Part shown: positions 28,192-38,076 of the stretch, in pieces | How positions within the stretch are numbered: position 1 is the first letter of the stretch | Layout: every line of letters starts with the position of its first letter | Source of the DNA: Candidatus Latescibacterota bacterium | Lineage (GTDB): Bacteria; Latescibacterota; UBA2968; GCA-2709665 | Direction: 5' to 3' | DNA length: 64,000 nucleotides | Assembly: GCA_965219455.1 (NCBI GenBank) | Contig: OZ244744.1 | Location: 5,088,001-5,152,000 of the forward strand | Program-made: the position numbers and the translations under genes | Notes under the pieces: generated by a model | What the model was told of the DNA's origin: nothing | Databases searched by the model: none | What the model saw: only the letters and a program-made list of their open reading frames with translations

Positions 28192-29490
28192 ATGGAAAGA
28201 GTTCAGGAGGATGTTCGGTTAGACTTGCTGCTTAAAAGCGGGTACGTCATCGATCCCGTGAATGGAGTGGACGGAATTCGGGACGTGGGCATTCGGGACG
28301 GAGAGATCGCCGAGGTTTCCGACGCGATCGCCGGGGAACGGGCGGCGCGCGTTATCGACGTTTCCGGCCTGTTGGTCACGCCGGGGCTGGTGGACATTCA
28401 CGTCCACGCCTACGACAGTCGGCTGGACCCGGCGCCGGACAAATTTACGGGCAGTCTGAACGCGGATGCGCATTTTTTGAGCGACGGGGTGACGACCTGC
28501 GTGGATACCGGGACTGCAGGTTGCGGCGAGATTTCGCATTTCAGACAGACCGTGATGGAAAAAAAGACCTGCCGGATTCTGGCTTACGTCAATATCTCGG
28601 CGCCGGGGATGGGAAATTCGGAACAAGATATCCGTACCTTCGACGCGGCGGGCGCGGCGTCGGCCGCGATGGATCACAGGGACGTGGTCGTGGGCATCAA
28701 GACGGCCCATTACTGGCCAAATAAGCCGTTTGACACCGACCATCCCCCATGGGCGTCCGTCGAACGGGCGGTGGAGGCGGGTAACCTGTGCGGGATGCCG
28801 GTGATGGTCGACTTCTGGCCACGGCCGCCGGAGCGGTCCTACCCGGATCTGATTCTGCAAAAGCTGCGTCCCGGCGACATTCACACGCACGTGTTCGCCC
28901 GGCAGTTTCCCGTCATCGATGGGAATGGGCGGGTCCGGGACTACATGTTCAAAGCCAGGGAACGTGGTGTCTGGTTCGATCTGGGCCACGGCGCGGCGAG
29001 TTTCTGGTACCGCAATGGCGTGCGTGCCATAGCGGACGGGTTTCCGCCGGACTCGATCAGTACGGACCTGCATACCGGAAACATCCACGGGTCCGTGGTC
29101 AGCATGACCGACACGATGTCCAAGTGCCTGTTGATGGGAATGCCTTTGCGGGAAGTGATCTACCGGTCGACGGCGGCGCCGGCGCAGGCGATTCGCCGGC
29201 CGGACCTGGGCACGCTCGGGGTGGGGACGGAGGCCGACGTCGCGGTGCTGGCCCGCCTCGAGGGAGCGTTTTCCTTCCGGGATTGCGGATGGGGACGGAT
29301 GGACGGGTCCGAGCGCCTGGTGTGCAAACTGACGCTCCGGAAGGGCGAGGTGGTATGGGATCGGGACGCCCTGACCGTCGCTGCGTGGCAGGATCTGCCC
29401 GACGACTACTGGCAGACGACGGTGGTGCCCGTACCGATTCGCCGGCATTGGCGGGAGATCGACAAGGACACGGGGACGGCTGGCGTGTGA
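28192..29490 (+). CDS. Dihydroorotase-like amidohydrolase/deacetylase family metallohydrolase
   Basis: PGLVDIHVH, GVTTCVDTGTAG, GIK, LRPGDIHTH, FDLGHG, ISTDLH. Confidence 0.9.
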   Translation: MERVQEDVRLDLLLKSGYVIDPVNGVDGIRDVGIRDGEIAEVSDAIAGERAARVIDVSGLLVTPGLVDIHVHAYDSRLDPAPDKFTGSLNADAHFLSDGVTTCVDTGTAGCGEISHFRQTVMEKKTCRILAYVNISAPGMGNSEQDIRTFDAAGAASAAMDHRDVVVGIKTAHYWPNKPFDTDHPPWASVERAVEAGNLCGMPVMVDFWPRPPERSYPDLILQKLRPGDIHTHVFARQFPVIDGNGRVRDYMFKARERGVWFDLGHGAASFWYRNGVRAIADGFPPDSISTDLHTGNIHGSVVSMTDTMSKCLLMGMPLREVIYRSTAAPAQAIRRPDLGTLGVGTEADVAVLARLEGAFSFRDCGWGRMDGSERLVCKLTLRKGEVVWDRDALTVAAWQDLPDDYWQTTVVPVPIRRHWREIDKDTGTAGV

Positions 29491-29520
29491 TTCGTCGTTA
29501 GCGGGATGGAGGAAGCACCC

Positions 29521-30663
29521 CTACCAGTCGGCCACGCTCCCGTCGGACTCGTAGTGATATTCGCCGCCGAGTTCCTCTCCGTAGTCACTCTTTTTCTGGA
29601 CTTCACGCTCGTCGAGTTCAATGCCGAGGCCGGGTTCGGTGGGGAGCAGGATGTGTCCGTCATTCACCTGCCAGGGATTCGTCAGCAGTCCTTCTCCAAG
29701 ACACGAGTCGACCTGCTCCTGAATCAGAAAGTTGGGTACGGCGGCGTCGACGTGGAGGCATGACGTGAAGGCGACAGGTCCGATGGCGCAATGAGGCATG
29801 ATGTGCAGGTAGTAGACTTCGGCCATGTTGGCGATCTTGAGGGTTTCCGTAATGCCTCCGGCGTGCGAAACGTCCGGCTGGATATAGGCCGCGGCCTGAT
29901 TTTCAAAGATCCGCCGGAATTCCCATCTGCTCAGCAGCCGCTCACCGGTGGCGATAGGAAAGGGAACCCGGTCGGAGACATGCTTGAGGGCATCCACGTT
30001 TTCCTGTGGAACGGGTTCTTCCACAAACATCGGGCGCATGCCTTTGAGTTCGTGGCAGACTTCAACTGCCAACGCCGGTGTCATTTTTCCATGAAAATCG
30101 AAACAGAGTTCGACGTCGGGCCCGACCCACTCCCGCATCAGGTACGCCCGGCGGACGAATTCATCGATGACGGCGGGAGGTTCGTGCGCCCGCCACTTGC
30201 CCCCGGGCCCGGTCTTGAAGGCCTTATAGCCGCCCGTCTTCCGGAGGCTGTCGAGGCGTTGTCTTGAAGCGGCCTTCTCCTCTTCCGTAAGCCCCCCGAT
30301 GCCCCAGTGGGCGTAAACCCGAATCCGGTCCCTGAGGGGTCCACCGAGCAACCGGTACACGGGCACGCCATAATGCTTGCCCGCGATGTCCCAGAGCGCC
30401 TGGTCGATGCCCGACAGGGCGGTCATGAGGACGGCGCCGCCACGGTAGAACGTCGAACGGTAGATATGCTGCCAATGGTGCTGGATTCGGAGTGGGTCCT
30501 TGCCGGTGAGATAGGCTGACAGTTCCTCGACGGCGGCCACGGTGCTTCGGGGTCTGCCTTCCAGGGTGGTTTCTCCCCAGCCCACCAGGCCGTTATCGGT
30601 TGTGATTTTCAGCAGGCGGGTACGCGGCCGCGGAAAAAATTGTTCAATGCGGGCAATTCTCAT
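29521..30663 (-). CDS. dgoD: Galactonate dehydratase-like enolase superfamily enzyme
   Basis: GWGE, FYRGG, SGIDQALWDI, DFHG, FVEEP, ATGERL, QPDVSHAGGITE, PHC, DGSVADW. Confidence 0.85.
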   Translation of the reverse strand: MRIARIEQFFPRPRTRLLKITTDNGLVGWGETTLEGRPRSTVAAVEELSAYLTGKDPLRIQHHWQHIYRSTFYRGGAVLMTALSGIDQALWDIAGKHYGVPVYRLLGGPLRDRIRVYAHWGIGGLTEEEKAASRQRLDSLRKTGGYKAFKTGPGGKWRAHEPPAVIDEFVRRAYLMREWVGPDVELCFDFHGKMTPALAVEVCHELKGMRPMFVEEPVPQENVDALKHVSDRVPFPIATGERLLSRWEFRRIFENQAAAYIQPDVSHAGGITETLKIANMAEVYYLHIMPHCAIGPVAFTSCLHVDAAVPNFLIQEQVDSCLGEGLLTNPWQVNDGHILLPTEPGLGIELDEREVQKKSDYGEELGGEYHYESDGSVADW

Positions 30664-30714
30664 CCGGTTTTCCTTGGAAAGCGGGTTTGCCCCCTGGCCT
30701 TTCAGTCCAGCCCG

Positions 30715-31401
30715 TTACACGAGGCAGCCGAGGGTTGAGAGGCAGGCGCGGGTGTTAGGAATGGGGTCGGTCAGTCCCGCCTGGAGGTGCGTGCGTGTTT
30801 GGTCAATGAGATGGTCCAGTTGTTCCGGCGTGTCCACGTCGTACCAGGACGGTAACACGCCAACGGTGAGACCGACGGCCTCGGCCCTTTCAAGTGTCTG
30901 AGCGAATACGTGCTCGGTGCTCCACGAGATGTTATCGAAGATCTCGCGGACCGGTCTTGAGAGGCCGACGAGATAATAACCGCCGTCCACGCTGGGCCCG
31001 AGCACGATCTCCTTCAGTACGAGGAGTTCGAATGCCCGATCGATGTGGCGGGGTGGCAGCGATGGAACGTCGGTACCCAGAATCACCACGCGTCCGGCGC
31101 CCAGATCGAAGCAGTGGCAGGCCGCTCGGTACATACGTTGGCCCAGGTCGGCGGAGACCTGCGGAAAAAGGACCCAATCCGCCCCGGCCAGATCGGCGAG
31201 TTCGACTTCCGCCCCAGGTGGATCGCAGGCCACACAGCGCCGGTCCACGTCGGCTTGCGTCGCTGTGTTCACGGTATCCAGGATGAAGGCGCGGTAGATT
31301 GCCGCCGCCTGTTTCGGCGTGTACCGGGAATGAAGACGGGTCTTGACCGCGCCGGGTACGGGGTTCCTGGCGAAGATGACGAGATAGGTGCTCGCGGCCA
31401 T
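30715..31401 (-). CDS. DUF2064/TIGR04282 family glycosyltransferase-like protein
   Basis: FARNPVPGAVKTRL, DLGQRM, GTDVP, LGPSVDGGYYL, WYDVDT. Confidence 0.9.
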   Translation of the reverse strand: MAASTYLVIFARNPVPGAVKTRLHSRYTPKQAAAIYRAFILDTVNTATQADVDRRCVACDPPGAEVELADLAGADWVLFPQVSADLGQRMYRAACHCFDLGAGRVVILGTDVPSLPPRHIDRAFELLVLKEIVLGPSVDGGYYLVGLSRPVREIFDNISWSTEHVFAQTLERAEAVGLTVGVLPSWYDVDTPEQLDHLIDQTRTHLQAGLTDPIPNTRACLSTLGCLV

Positions 31402-31483
31402 TTGCGTTGGAAGACCTGTTCAATGCCGGGCGAGGGTAAGAGCAACGGGCTGCTAGAGTCGGTTGTCCCGTTCGGGGGCCGAT

Positions 31484-32950
31484 TCAGCCCTGGGTGGTTC
31501 CATCCTCCAGCTTCTGGCGCAACAGCTGGTTTGCCACTTTGGGGTTCGCCTGGCCTCTTGTGGCCTTCATGATCTGCCCCATAAAGAAGCCCAGCAGTTT
31601 CCTGTCGCCTCTCCTGTATCTATCGACTGCGTCGGGGTGTTCCGAAATCACCCGTTCGATCAGCCCCTCGATTTGGGACGAATCGCTTATCTGAGCGAGT
31701 CCCTTCTGTTCGACGACGGTTTGGGGGGAGGCGCCGGTTTCGGCCATCCGGGCGAATACGGTCCGGGCGATGTTCGCGCTGATGGTGCCGGCTTCGATCA
31801 ATTCGAGCAGCGCCGCGAGGTTTTCCGGGGTCGTCTTGAGTTCATCTATGTCAATTTTGCGCTCGTTGAGCGTGCGAAGGACGTCGCCCTGAACCCAGTT
31901 TGCGGCCGTTATGGGCGCTGCCCCGGCCGACACGGCAGCTTCATAATAGTCGGCCACTTTCCGGTCGGCAATCAGGGTCTCGACCTGGTCTGTCCTGAGG
32001 CCGTAGGCAGACTCGAAACGAGCGCGTTTCGCTTGGGGCAACTCGGGAACGGTGGGTTTGACCCGTTCTATCCATTCCCTGTCTACGACGACCGGAACCA
32101 GATCCGGCTCGGGGAAATAGCGATAGTCGTCGGAGGACTCCTTATCTCGCATGGGTCGCAACCGGTTGCGATCCGGATCGTAGAGCAGGGTTTCCTGTGC
32201 GATTTCGCCGCCTGTCTCCAACGTGTCGATCTGGCGCAGGATTTCGGCTTCGAGAGCCCGCCGGCAGTTGCGTATGGAATTCATGTTCTTGATCTCAACC
32301 TTGGTGCCGAGTCCGGTTGCCCCGGCCGGTCGTATCGATACGTTGGCGTCGATGCGGATATGGCCCTTTTCCATGTCCCCTTCCGAAACCCCCGTATAGA
32401 TCAGTATCTGCCGCAGGCGGGACACGAAATGGGATGCTTCTTCCGGCGAATCAATATCCGGTTCGCTAACGAGTTCGATGAGCGGGACCCCGCAGCGGTT
32501 GACGTCCACCAGAGATTCGCCGGCGGCCACAAACGCCTCGTCATGGATGCTCTTGCCTGCGTCTTCTTCCATATGTATGCGAATGAGACGCACGGTCTTT
32601 ATGCCGCTACCGGAAGGGATTTCGATAAAGCCGCCCATGGCCAGGGGCATCTCGTCGTTGGACTGGAACTGGGAAATCTGATACCCCTTCGGCAGATCAG
32701 GATAAAAATAGTTCTTCCTCAGGAAACGGCTTCGCCGCTGGACGGTGCAACCAACCGCCAGGGCAATACGTATGGTTTGCTCTACGGCCTCCCGGTTCAG
32801 CACGGGCAGTGCGCCGGGCAACCCCAGGCAGACCGGACAGGTGCGCGAATTGGCCTCGGCGCCGTAAGACACGCCGCAACCGCAAAAAATCTTGGTCTGC
32901 GTGGCAAGCTGGGCGTGGACCTCCAGACCGATGACGGATTCGTACCTCAT
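31484..32950 (-). CDS. gatB: Asp/Glu-tRNA amidotransferase subunit B
   Basis: [34 protein letters not shown]. Confidence 0.98.
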   Translation of the reverse strand: MRYESVIGLEVHAQLATQTKIFCGCGVSYGAEANSRTCPVCLGLPGALPVLNREAVEQTIRIALAVGCTVQRRSRFLRKNYFYPDLPKGYQISQFQSNDEMPLAMGGFIEIPSGSGIKTVRLIRIHMEEDAGKSIHDEAFVAAGESLVDVNRCGVPLIELVSEPDIDSPEEASHFVSRLRQILIYTGVSEGDMEKGHIRIDANVSIRPAGATGLGTKVEIKNMNSIRNCRRALEAEILRQIDTLETGGEIAQETLLYDPDRNRLRPMRDKESSDDYRYFPEPDLVPVVVDREWIERVKPTVPELPQAKRARFESAYGLRTDQVETLIADRKVADYYEAAVSAGAAPITAANWVQGDVLRTLNERKIDIDELKTTPENLAALLELIEAGTISANIARTVFARMAETGASPQTVVEQKGLAQISDSSQIEGLIERVISEHPDAVDRYRRGDRKLLGFFMGQIMKATRGQANPKVANQLLRQKLEDGTTQG

Positions 32951-34407
32951 CCGGTCAACTCCTGTTCGACCACGTAGGCGGCCCTGAGCAGATTTTCTTC
33001 TTTGAACGCCGGCGCCAGCAGTTGCAGCCCAATGGGCAAGCCCTCCGTCGAAACGCCACAGGGGACCGAGATACCCGGAATTCCGGCCAGGTTGACCGAG
33101 ACGGTGTAAATGTCGGAGAGGTACATCTGGAGGGGGTCATCGATCTTTGCGCCAATGCGGAATGCCGGTGTCGGCGAAACGGGCGCGGCGAGCAGGTCGC
33201 AGGTTTCGAAGGCCCGGTCGAAATCTCGCTTGATAAGTGTGCGCACCTGTTGGGCCTTGAGGTAATAGGCATCGTAATAGCCGGCGCTCAGGGCATAGGT
33301 GCCCAGCATAATTCGGCGTTTGACCTCCGCACCGAAGCCGGCGCTGCGGGTCCGGCAATACATATCGATCAGATCAGCGCCTTCTGCTCGCCTACCGTAC
33401 TTGATGCCGTCATACCGGGAGAGGTTCGAGGATGCTTCTCCGGTGGCGATGATGTAGTAGGCGGCTATGGAGTAGGCCGGGTGGCAGGCTACGGGGAGGT
33501 CGATCTTTCGGATATCCGCTCCGGCGTCTTTCAGGATTTCAACGCTTTCAATAATCGATTCCCGTACTTCGTCGTCCAGTCCCTCGCCGAAATATCCCGC
33601 CGGAAGACCGATGGTCAGGCCGGCGACTCCGGCTTCCAGTCCCGCCGTGTAGTCAGGTACGGGCAGATCTACTGACGTGGAGTCTCGCGGGTCGTGCCCG
33701 GCAATGACGTTTAAAAGGAGGGCGGCATCCGTCACGTTCCGTGCCACGGGACCAATCTGGTCCAGCGAGGACGCGTAGGCAACGAGGCCGTAACGGGAGA
33801 CCCGGCCATAGGTGGGCTTGAGACCGACCACGCCACAGAAGGAGGCGGGCAGGCGGATGGAGCCACCTGTGTCCGTACCCAGGGCAAGCACGGTTTGATT
33901 GGCAGCTACACTGGCGGCGCTGGCGCCGCTGGAACCGCCGGGCACGCGCGTGGGATTGTGTGGATTTCGCACGGGACCGAACGCCGAGTTTTCGTTGGAG
34001 GAACCCATGGCAAACTCGTCCATGTTGAGTTTGCCGACGATAACAGCGTCGGCTTCGCGCAGACGCGCGACGGAAGTCGCGTCGTAGGGGGGAATGAAGT
34101 TCTCGAGTATGCGGGAACCGGCGGTGGTGAGCAATTCACGGGTACAAAGCAGGTCCTTGAGGGCAACCGGAATGCCGGCCAGTGGCCCGACAGGATCGCC
34201 GGCCGATACCCTGGAGTCTACTTCCTCCGCTTTGCGGATCGCCTCGGTTTCATTCAGGGTGATGTAGGCGTTGATCGAGGGGTTCGTCGTGTGTATACAA
34301 ACAAAAACGGCCTCGACGAGCTGTCTGGATGTAATCTCACCCGACAGAATCGACGCCGTCAGTTCGTGGGCGGGCCGTTCGTTCAGCGGCTTCCCGGAGA
34401 CTGCCAC
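32947..34407 (-). CDS. gatA: Asp/Glu-tRNA amidotransferase subunit A
   Basis: Amidase signature [26 protein letters not shown]. Confidence 0.98.
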   Translation of the reverse strand: MAVSGKPLNERPAHELTASILSGEITSRQLVEAVFVCIHTTNPSINAYITLNETEAIRKAEEVDSRVSAGDPVGPLAGIPVALKDLLCTRELLTTAGSRILENFIPPYDATSVARLREADAVIVGKLNMDEFAMGSSNENSAFGPVRNPHNPTRVPGGSSGASAASVAANQTVLALGTDTGGSIRLPASFCGVVGLKPTYGRVSRYGLVAYASSLDQIGPVARNVTDAALLLNVIAGHDPRDSTSVDLPVPDYTAGLEAGVAGLTIGLPAGYFGEGLDDEVRESIIESVEILKDAGADIRKIDLPVACHPAYSIAAYYIIATGEASSNLSRYDGIKYGRRAEGADLIDMYCRTRSAGFGAEVKRRIMLGTYALSAGYYDAYYLKAQQVRTLIKRDFDRAFETCDLLAAPVSPTPAFRIGAKIDDPLQMYLSDIYTVSVNLAGIPGISVPCGVSTEGLPIGLQLLAPAFKEENLLRAAYVVEQELTG

Positions 34408-34419
34408 CTTGCCTCCCAG

Positions 34420-34644
34420 CTACGGTTTGGCGGTTTTTTCCGTATCCGATGTCTTACCGTCGTTTTTGGAGGGTTGATCCACTCCGGTCTCGATTTCATC
34501 CTGGATGTCCCGAAGGCCTCTTTTGAATTCCGTAACCCCTTTGCCCACGCTCTTGGCGATATCGGGAATGCGTTTGGCCCCGAACAGCAGCAGGATGACC
34601 AGGAAGATCAGGAGAATTTCCCACGTTCCGATTCCACCCAGCAT
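34420..34644 (-). CDS. tatA: Twin-arginine translocase TatA/TatE
   Basis: LLLFGAKRIPDIAKSVGKGVTEFK. Confidence 0.95.
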   Translation of the reverse strand: MLGGIGTWEILLIFLVILLLFGAKRIPDIAKSVGKGVTEFKRGLRDIQDEIETGVDQPSKNDGKTSDTEKTAKP

Positions 34645-34799
34645 GAGTCACCTCGTATTTGTGAAGAACGGCCGTCCACGCTTCCGGCAACGCCGGTCGG
34701 CGATGACGATGCGGGTGCCGATTTCCGGTGGGCGCCCGAGCGAGCCGTATCGCGCAACAGCGCGGTTCGACCTCGGATTCGAGCCAATACGGCGTTCAA

Positions 34800-35081
34800 T
34801 CAGTAGGAATACTTGACGTAATAGTATGCCGTTCCAATGCCGATCAGGCTGAGTACGTTGAAATCGAGAGAAAAGCCCAGAGTGAGCGTCATCACCATCA
34901 GATTGAGGCGCATCGGGTAGAATTCGTAGGCGACCAGAGGATCTACGAGTACCTTGGACACCATGTTGTCTTCCAGGCCGAGGCTGCCGAAGACCAGGTT
35001 CAAAACCGCGCCGAAGACCTGGCTTGCAAGGATGCACAGGAAGATCGTTACAATCAATAGACCGATGCTTTTGTCCTTCAT
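34800..35081 (-). CDS. Small membrane protein (DUF4321-like)
   Basis: Hydrophobic 93 aa; LNLMVMTLTLGFSLDFNVLSLIG pattern; RBS GAGGGGAG. Confidence 0.75.
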   Translation of the reverse strand: MKDKSIGLLIVTIFLCILASQVFGAVLNLVFGSLGLEDNMVSKVLVDPLVAYEFYPMRLNLMVMTLTLGFSLDFNVLSLIGIGTAYYYVKYSY

Positions 35082-35114
35082 CGACTTCCGCTCCCCTCAG
35101 GTTCCATGTCGTAA

Positions 35115-35831
35115 TCAGATATCGGCCACTTCCCGATGTACAATCAGGTGCGACAGCCACCGAACGGCGCCTGAGATTGAAAATGCAAACGCGATGGGGA
35201 AAAAGGCTTCGTCCGGGAAAAGCGCGACAGGGATAAACGCGGTAAAAGCGATACCCAGTCTCCAGCGGTCCCTCCGCGTTTCAATGCTGAATCGGGGAAA
35301 GGCGGGATATCCGAACTGACTGATCATCAGCAGGCCCAGAACAACGCACAACAGAAGGGCGACATGGGGTTCGCGGGTACTCTGCCAGACACGTTCGGCA
35401 AAGACGATATAAGCGGCCATTGTTGCGGCGGCCGAGGGAATGGGCAGGCCGACAAAGTCGTCTTTCTCGTCTCCCTTTTTCTGGACGTTGAACCTCGCCA
35501 GACGCAGCGCGCCGCACAGCAGGAACAGAAAGCAGGCTGCGAACGGCATCCACACGACATCCAGCAGACCCTGGAAGTACTGGAACATCAGAACGGCCGG
35601 GGCCACGCCGAACGAGCAGACATCGGCCAGCGAGTCGAACTGAACCCCGAAGTTGCTGGGCGAATCGATCAGCCGGGCGAGTTTGCCGTCGAAGGCATCG
35701 AGAAAGCCCGCGATAACAATCAACCATGCGGCCGGGACCAGCTTTCCGTCCATGGCATAGGCGATCGAAAGGAAACCACAGCAGAGGTTGCAAAGCGTTA
35801 CCATGTTCGGGACGGCGGCCCTCTTTCTCAT
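35115..35831 (-). CDS. pssA: CDP-diacylglycerol--serine O-phosphatidyltransferase
   Basis: PNMVT, DAFDGKLAR..FGVQFDSLAD..SFGVAP, LRLARFN. Confidence 0.93.
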   Translation of the reverse strand: MRKRAAVPNMVTLCNLCCGFLSIAYAMDGKLVPAAWLIVIAGFLDAFDGKLARLIDSPSNFGVQFDSLADVCSFGVAPAVLMFQYFQGLLDVVWMPFAACFLFLLCGALRLARFNVQKKGDEKDDFVGLPIPSAAATMAAYIVFAERVWQSTREPHVALLLCVVLGLLMISQFGYPAFPRFSIETRRDRWRLGIAFTAFIPVALFPDEAFFPIAFAFSISGAVRWLSHLIVHREVADI

Positions 35832-35877
35832 GGCGAAATGGCTCCGGAAATTTGGGGCTTCTGTTTGATTAAAGGAT

Positions 35878-37023
35878 TTACTGTTTGCCGGTAGGCATCC
35901 GTTCCGGTTGCAAACGGGTTGTAAAGCTCAGCCTGCCGCGTAGAATATTCATATTGAGCGTGTCCCCGACACGTGCATCTTCAAAAAATCTGTCCACGTC
36001 ATCGGCGCTTCGTACGGCGTGGCCGTTTACCGAGATGATCAGGTCGCCAGGATTCAGCCTTGCACGAGAAGCCGGGCTGTTGTCTGTCACACGCGTAATC
36101 AGGGCGCCCCGATGCGTGAATAATCCCAACGCGTTCGCCAGCCCGCGCGTCAGGTTCGGGTGCAACTCGAAACCGGTCCAGAACTCCTGAACTCCCCCGG
36201 CCATCAGCCTGTCGGCGATTTTTTTTGCATGGTTGATGGGGAGTGCGAAACCGATACCGAGGGAACCCCCGCTTTTTGTGAAGATGAAGGTGTTGATGCC
36301 GATGACCTGGCCGACGCCGTTAACCAGGGGACCTCCACTGTTCCCCGGATTGATGGACGCGTCGGTCTGGATCATATTGCTATAAGAATGGCCGCCCTCA
36401 TCCTGTTGCAGTCTCAGATTGCGGTTAACCGCACTTACGACGCCGACGGTGACGGTCGGTTCGGGATCTTCAATGAGCAGCCCAAAGGGGTTGCCGATGG
36501 CGATTGCCCATTCGCCGATGATGACGTCTTTGGAATCTCCCAGTTCCGGAACCGGGAGATCTTTACCGTTCACGTGGATAACCGCGAGATCGGCGCTGCG
36601 GTCGACCATCACGTCTTTGCGCGGATCCAGAACCTTGAAGCTCCGGCCATCCGAGAACGTGACGGTGATTTCCCGTGCGCCTTCGACCACATGGTAGTTG
36701 GTCAGAATGTACCCGTCGGATCGGATCACAACGCCGGATCCGATCCCCGGCCGATCTTTGTGAACGGTTCCGGGAAAAGAGAAGAAATCGAAAAATGGAT
36801 GTACGTACCGGACTTCGTATCGTTCGAGGGTAACGGTCGTTACCCCCACGACCGAGGGTGCTACCCTTTCGACGGCCCGGACGATGGCGTTTTTTCTGGA
36901 GGCGTCAATTTCGGGACCCGCGGCGGAGACCGGAGAGGCCCCTTCCGGTTGACCTTCGGCGGTAAAAGTCAGAATCAACGCCGCAAAGACGCTTTTAGTT
37001 ACGATCCAAACCGCTCGCCGCAC
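35878..37023 (-). CDS. HtrA/DegQ-like serine protease with one PDZ domain
   Basis: LTNYHVV, DLAV, IQTDASINPGNSGGPL; C-terminal PDZ. Confidence 0.95.
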   Translation of the reverse strand: MRRAVWIVTKSVFAALILTFTAEGQPEGASPVSAAGPEIDASRKNAIVRAVERVAPSVVGVTTVTLERYEVRYVHPFFDFFSFPGTVHKDRPGIGSGVVIRSDGYILTNYHVVEGAREITVTFSDGRSFKVLDPRKDVMVDRSADLAVIHVNGKDLPVPELGDSKDVIIGEWAIAIGNPFGLLIEDPEPTVTVGVVSAVNRNLRLQQDEGGHSYSNMIQTDASINPGNSGGPLVNGVGQVIGINTFIFTKSGGSLGIGFALPINHAKKIADRLMAGGVQEFWTGFELHPNLTRGLANALGLFTHRGALITRVTDNSPASRARLNPGDLIISVNGHAVRSADDVDRFFEDARVGDTLNMNILRGRLSFTTRLQPERMPTGKQ

Positions 37024-37026
37024 GTC

Positions 37027-37773
37027 CTATTCTTCCGGGTATTCGTAAGAAACTTTTTTTAAAAAAAGGCCCTGGGGTGGGGCGTTGGGCCCCGCAAACT
37101 GCCTGTCTCGGGCCTGCAGAATCGTGTCCATCGCGTCCGGTGCACGCCTGCCTCTTCCCACCTGAACCAGGGTGCCGACAATTCCACGCACCATAGACCG
37201 CAAAAAGCGGTCGGCCGAAATCTCCACGTGGACGGCGTCGTCGATGCACGCCAGAATGCACTCGAAGACGCGACAGTTCCGGTTCTCTTTCTCGGACGAA
37301 GCCACGCAGAACGACGTGAAGTCGTGATAACCTAACGTGCGGGTCGCCGCGGATCGCATCGCGTCTATATTCAGCCTGTTGCGCATGTGCCACGCCTGTC
37401 CACGGCCAATAGCTCGGCGCCGGTAATCGATGCGGTACAGGTACGTTCGACGCCTCGCACTGCGCCTTGCATGGAACGCAGGCGGAACTTCGTCTACGCC
37501 GAAAACGACAACATCGGGCGGCAGCGTGCCATTTAGCGCGGCCCCGATCCGTTGCAGTGGCAGCGGATTGAACGTGGAGAAATTGGCCACCTGCTCCAGG
37601 GCGTGAACTCCTGCATCCGTGCGCCCTGCGCCGATGGCGCGGACGGGGTGGCCCATCAACGTAGCCAGACACGTTTCCAGGGTTCCCTGGACCGTGCGTT
37701 GATCGGGCTGAATCTGCCAGCCCTTGAAATCTGTACCGTCGTATTCCAACCGGAGCTGAATATTGCGTTGCAT
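37027..37773 (-). CDS. truA: tRNA pseudouridine(38-40) synthase
   Basis: YDGTDFKGWQ, AGRTDAGVHA, FHAR, FLRSMVR. Confidence 0.97.
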   Translation of the reverse strand: MQRNIQLRLEYDGTDFKGWQIQPDQRTVQGTLETCLATLMGHPVRAIGAGRTDAGVHALEQVANFSTFNPLPLQRIGAALNGTLPPDVVVFGVDEVPPAFHARRSARRRTYLYRIDYRRRAIGRGQAWHMRNRLNIDAMRSAATRTLGYHDFTSFCVASSEKENRNCRVFECILACIDDAVHVEISADRFLRSMVRGIVGTLVQVGRGRRAPDAMDTILQARDRQFAGPNAPPQGLFLKKVSYEYPEE

Positions 37774-37869
37774 TAAAAGCTGGATCGGCTTGAAATGTCG
37801 GGGGACGCCGCGGGAGAGGGCCTCGTGTTTGTCGAACAAGCAGACCGGGGACCGATGGAGTTTTTACAA

Positions 37870-37898
37870 AATATAGCATCTAAATCGGGGAATGTCAA
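37870..37898 (-). promoter_or_regulatory. Sigma70-type promoter of the truA operon
   Basis: TTGACA-N17-TATATT with extended -10 TG on the minus strand. Confidence 0.7.
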
Positions 37899-38076
37899 TT
37901 GATTGTTCGGGTGTCGTTCTGCCCGGGGGACGGGGCACCGGTGAACGTTTCGAAGCATCACGTGAACGGATTGTTCCATATGGCAACGCGAAAACCGGAA
38001 GATCCGGCGTCATTTGAAACGGCACGAAATTTGCCGCTGCGTCCAGGGATCTCGGCGCGAAAAGGAGGGCGCGGTG

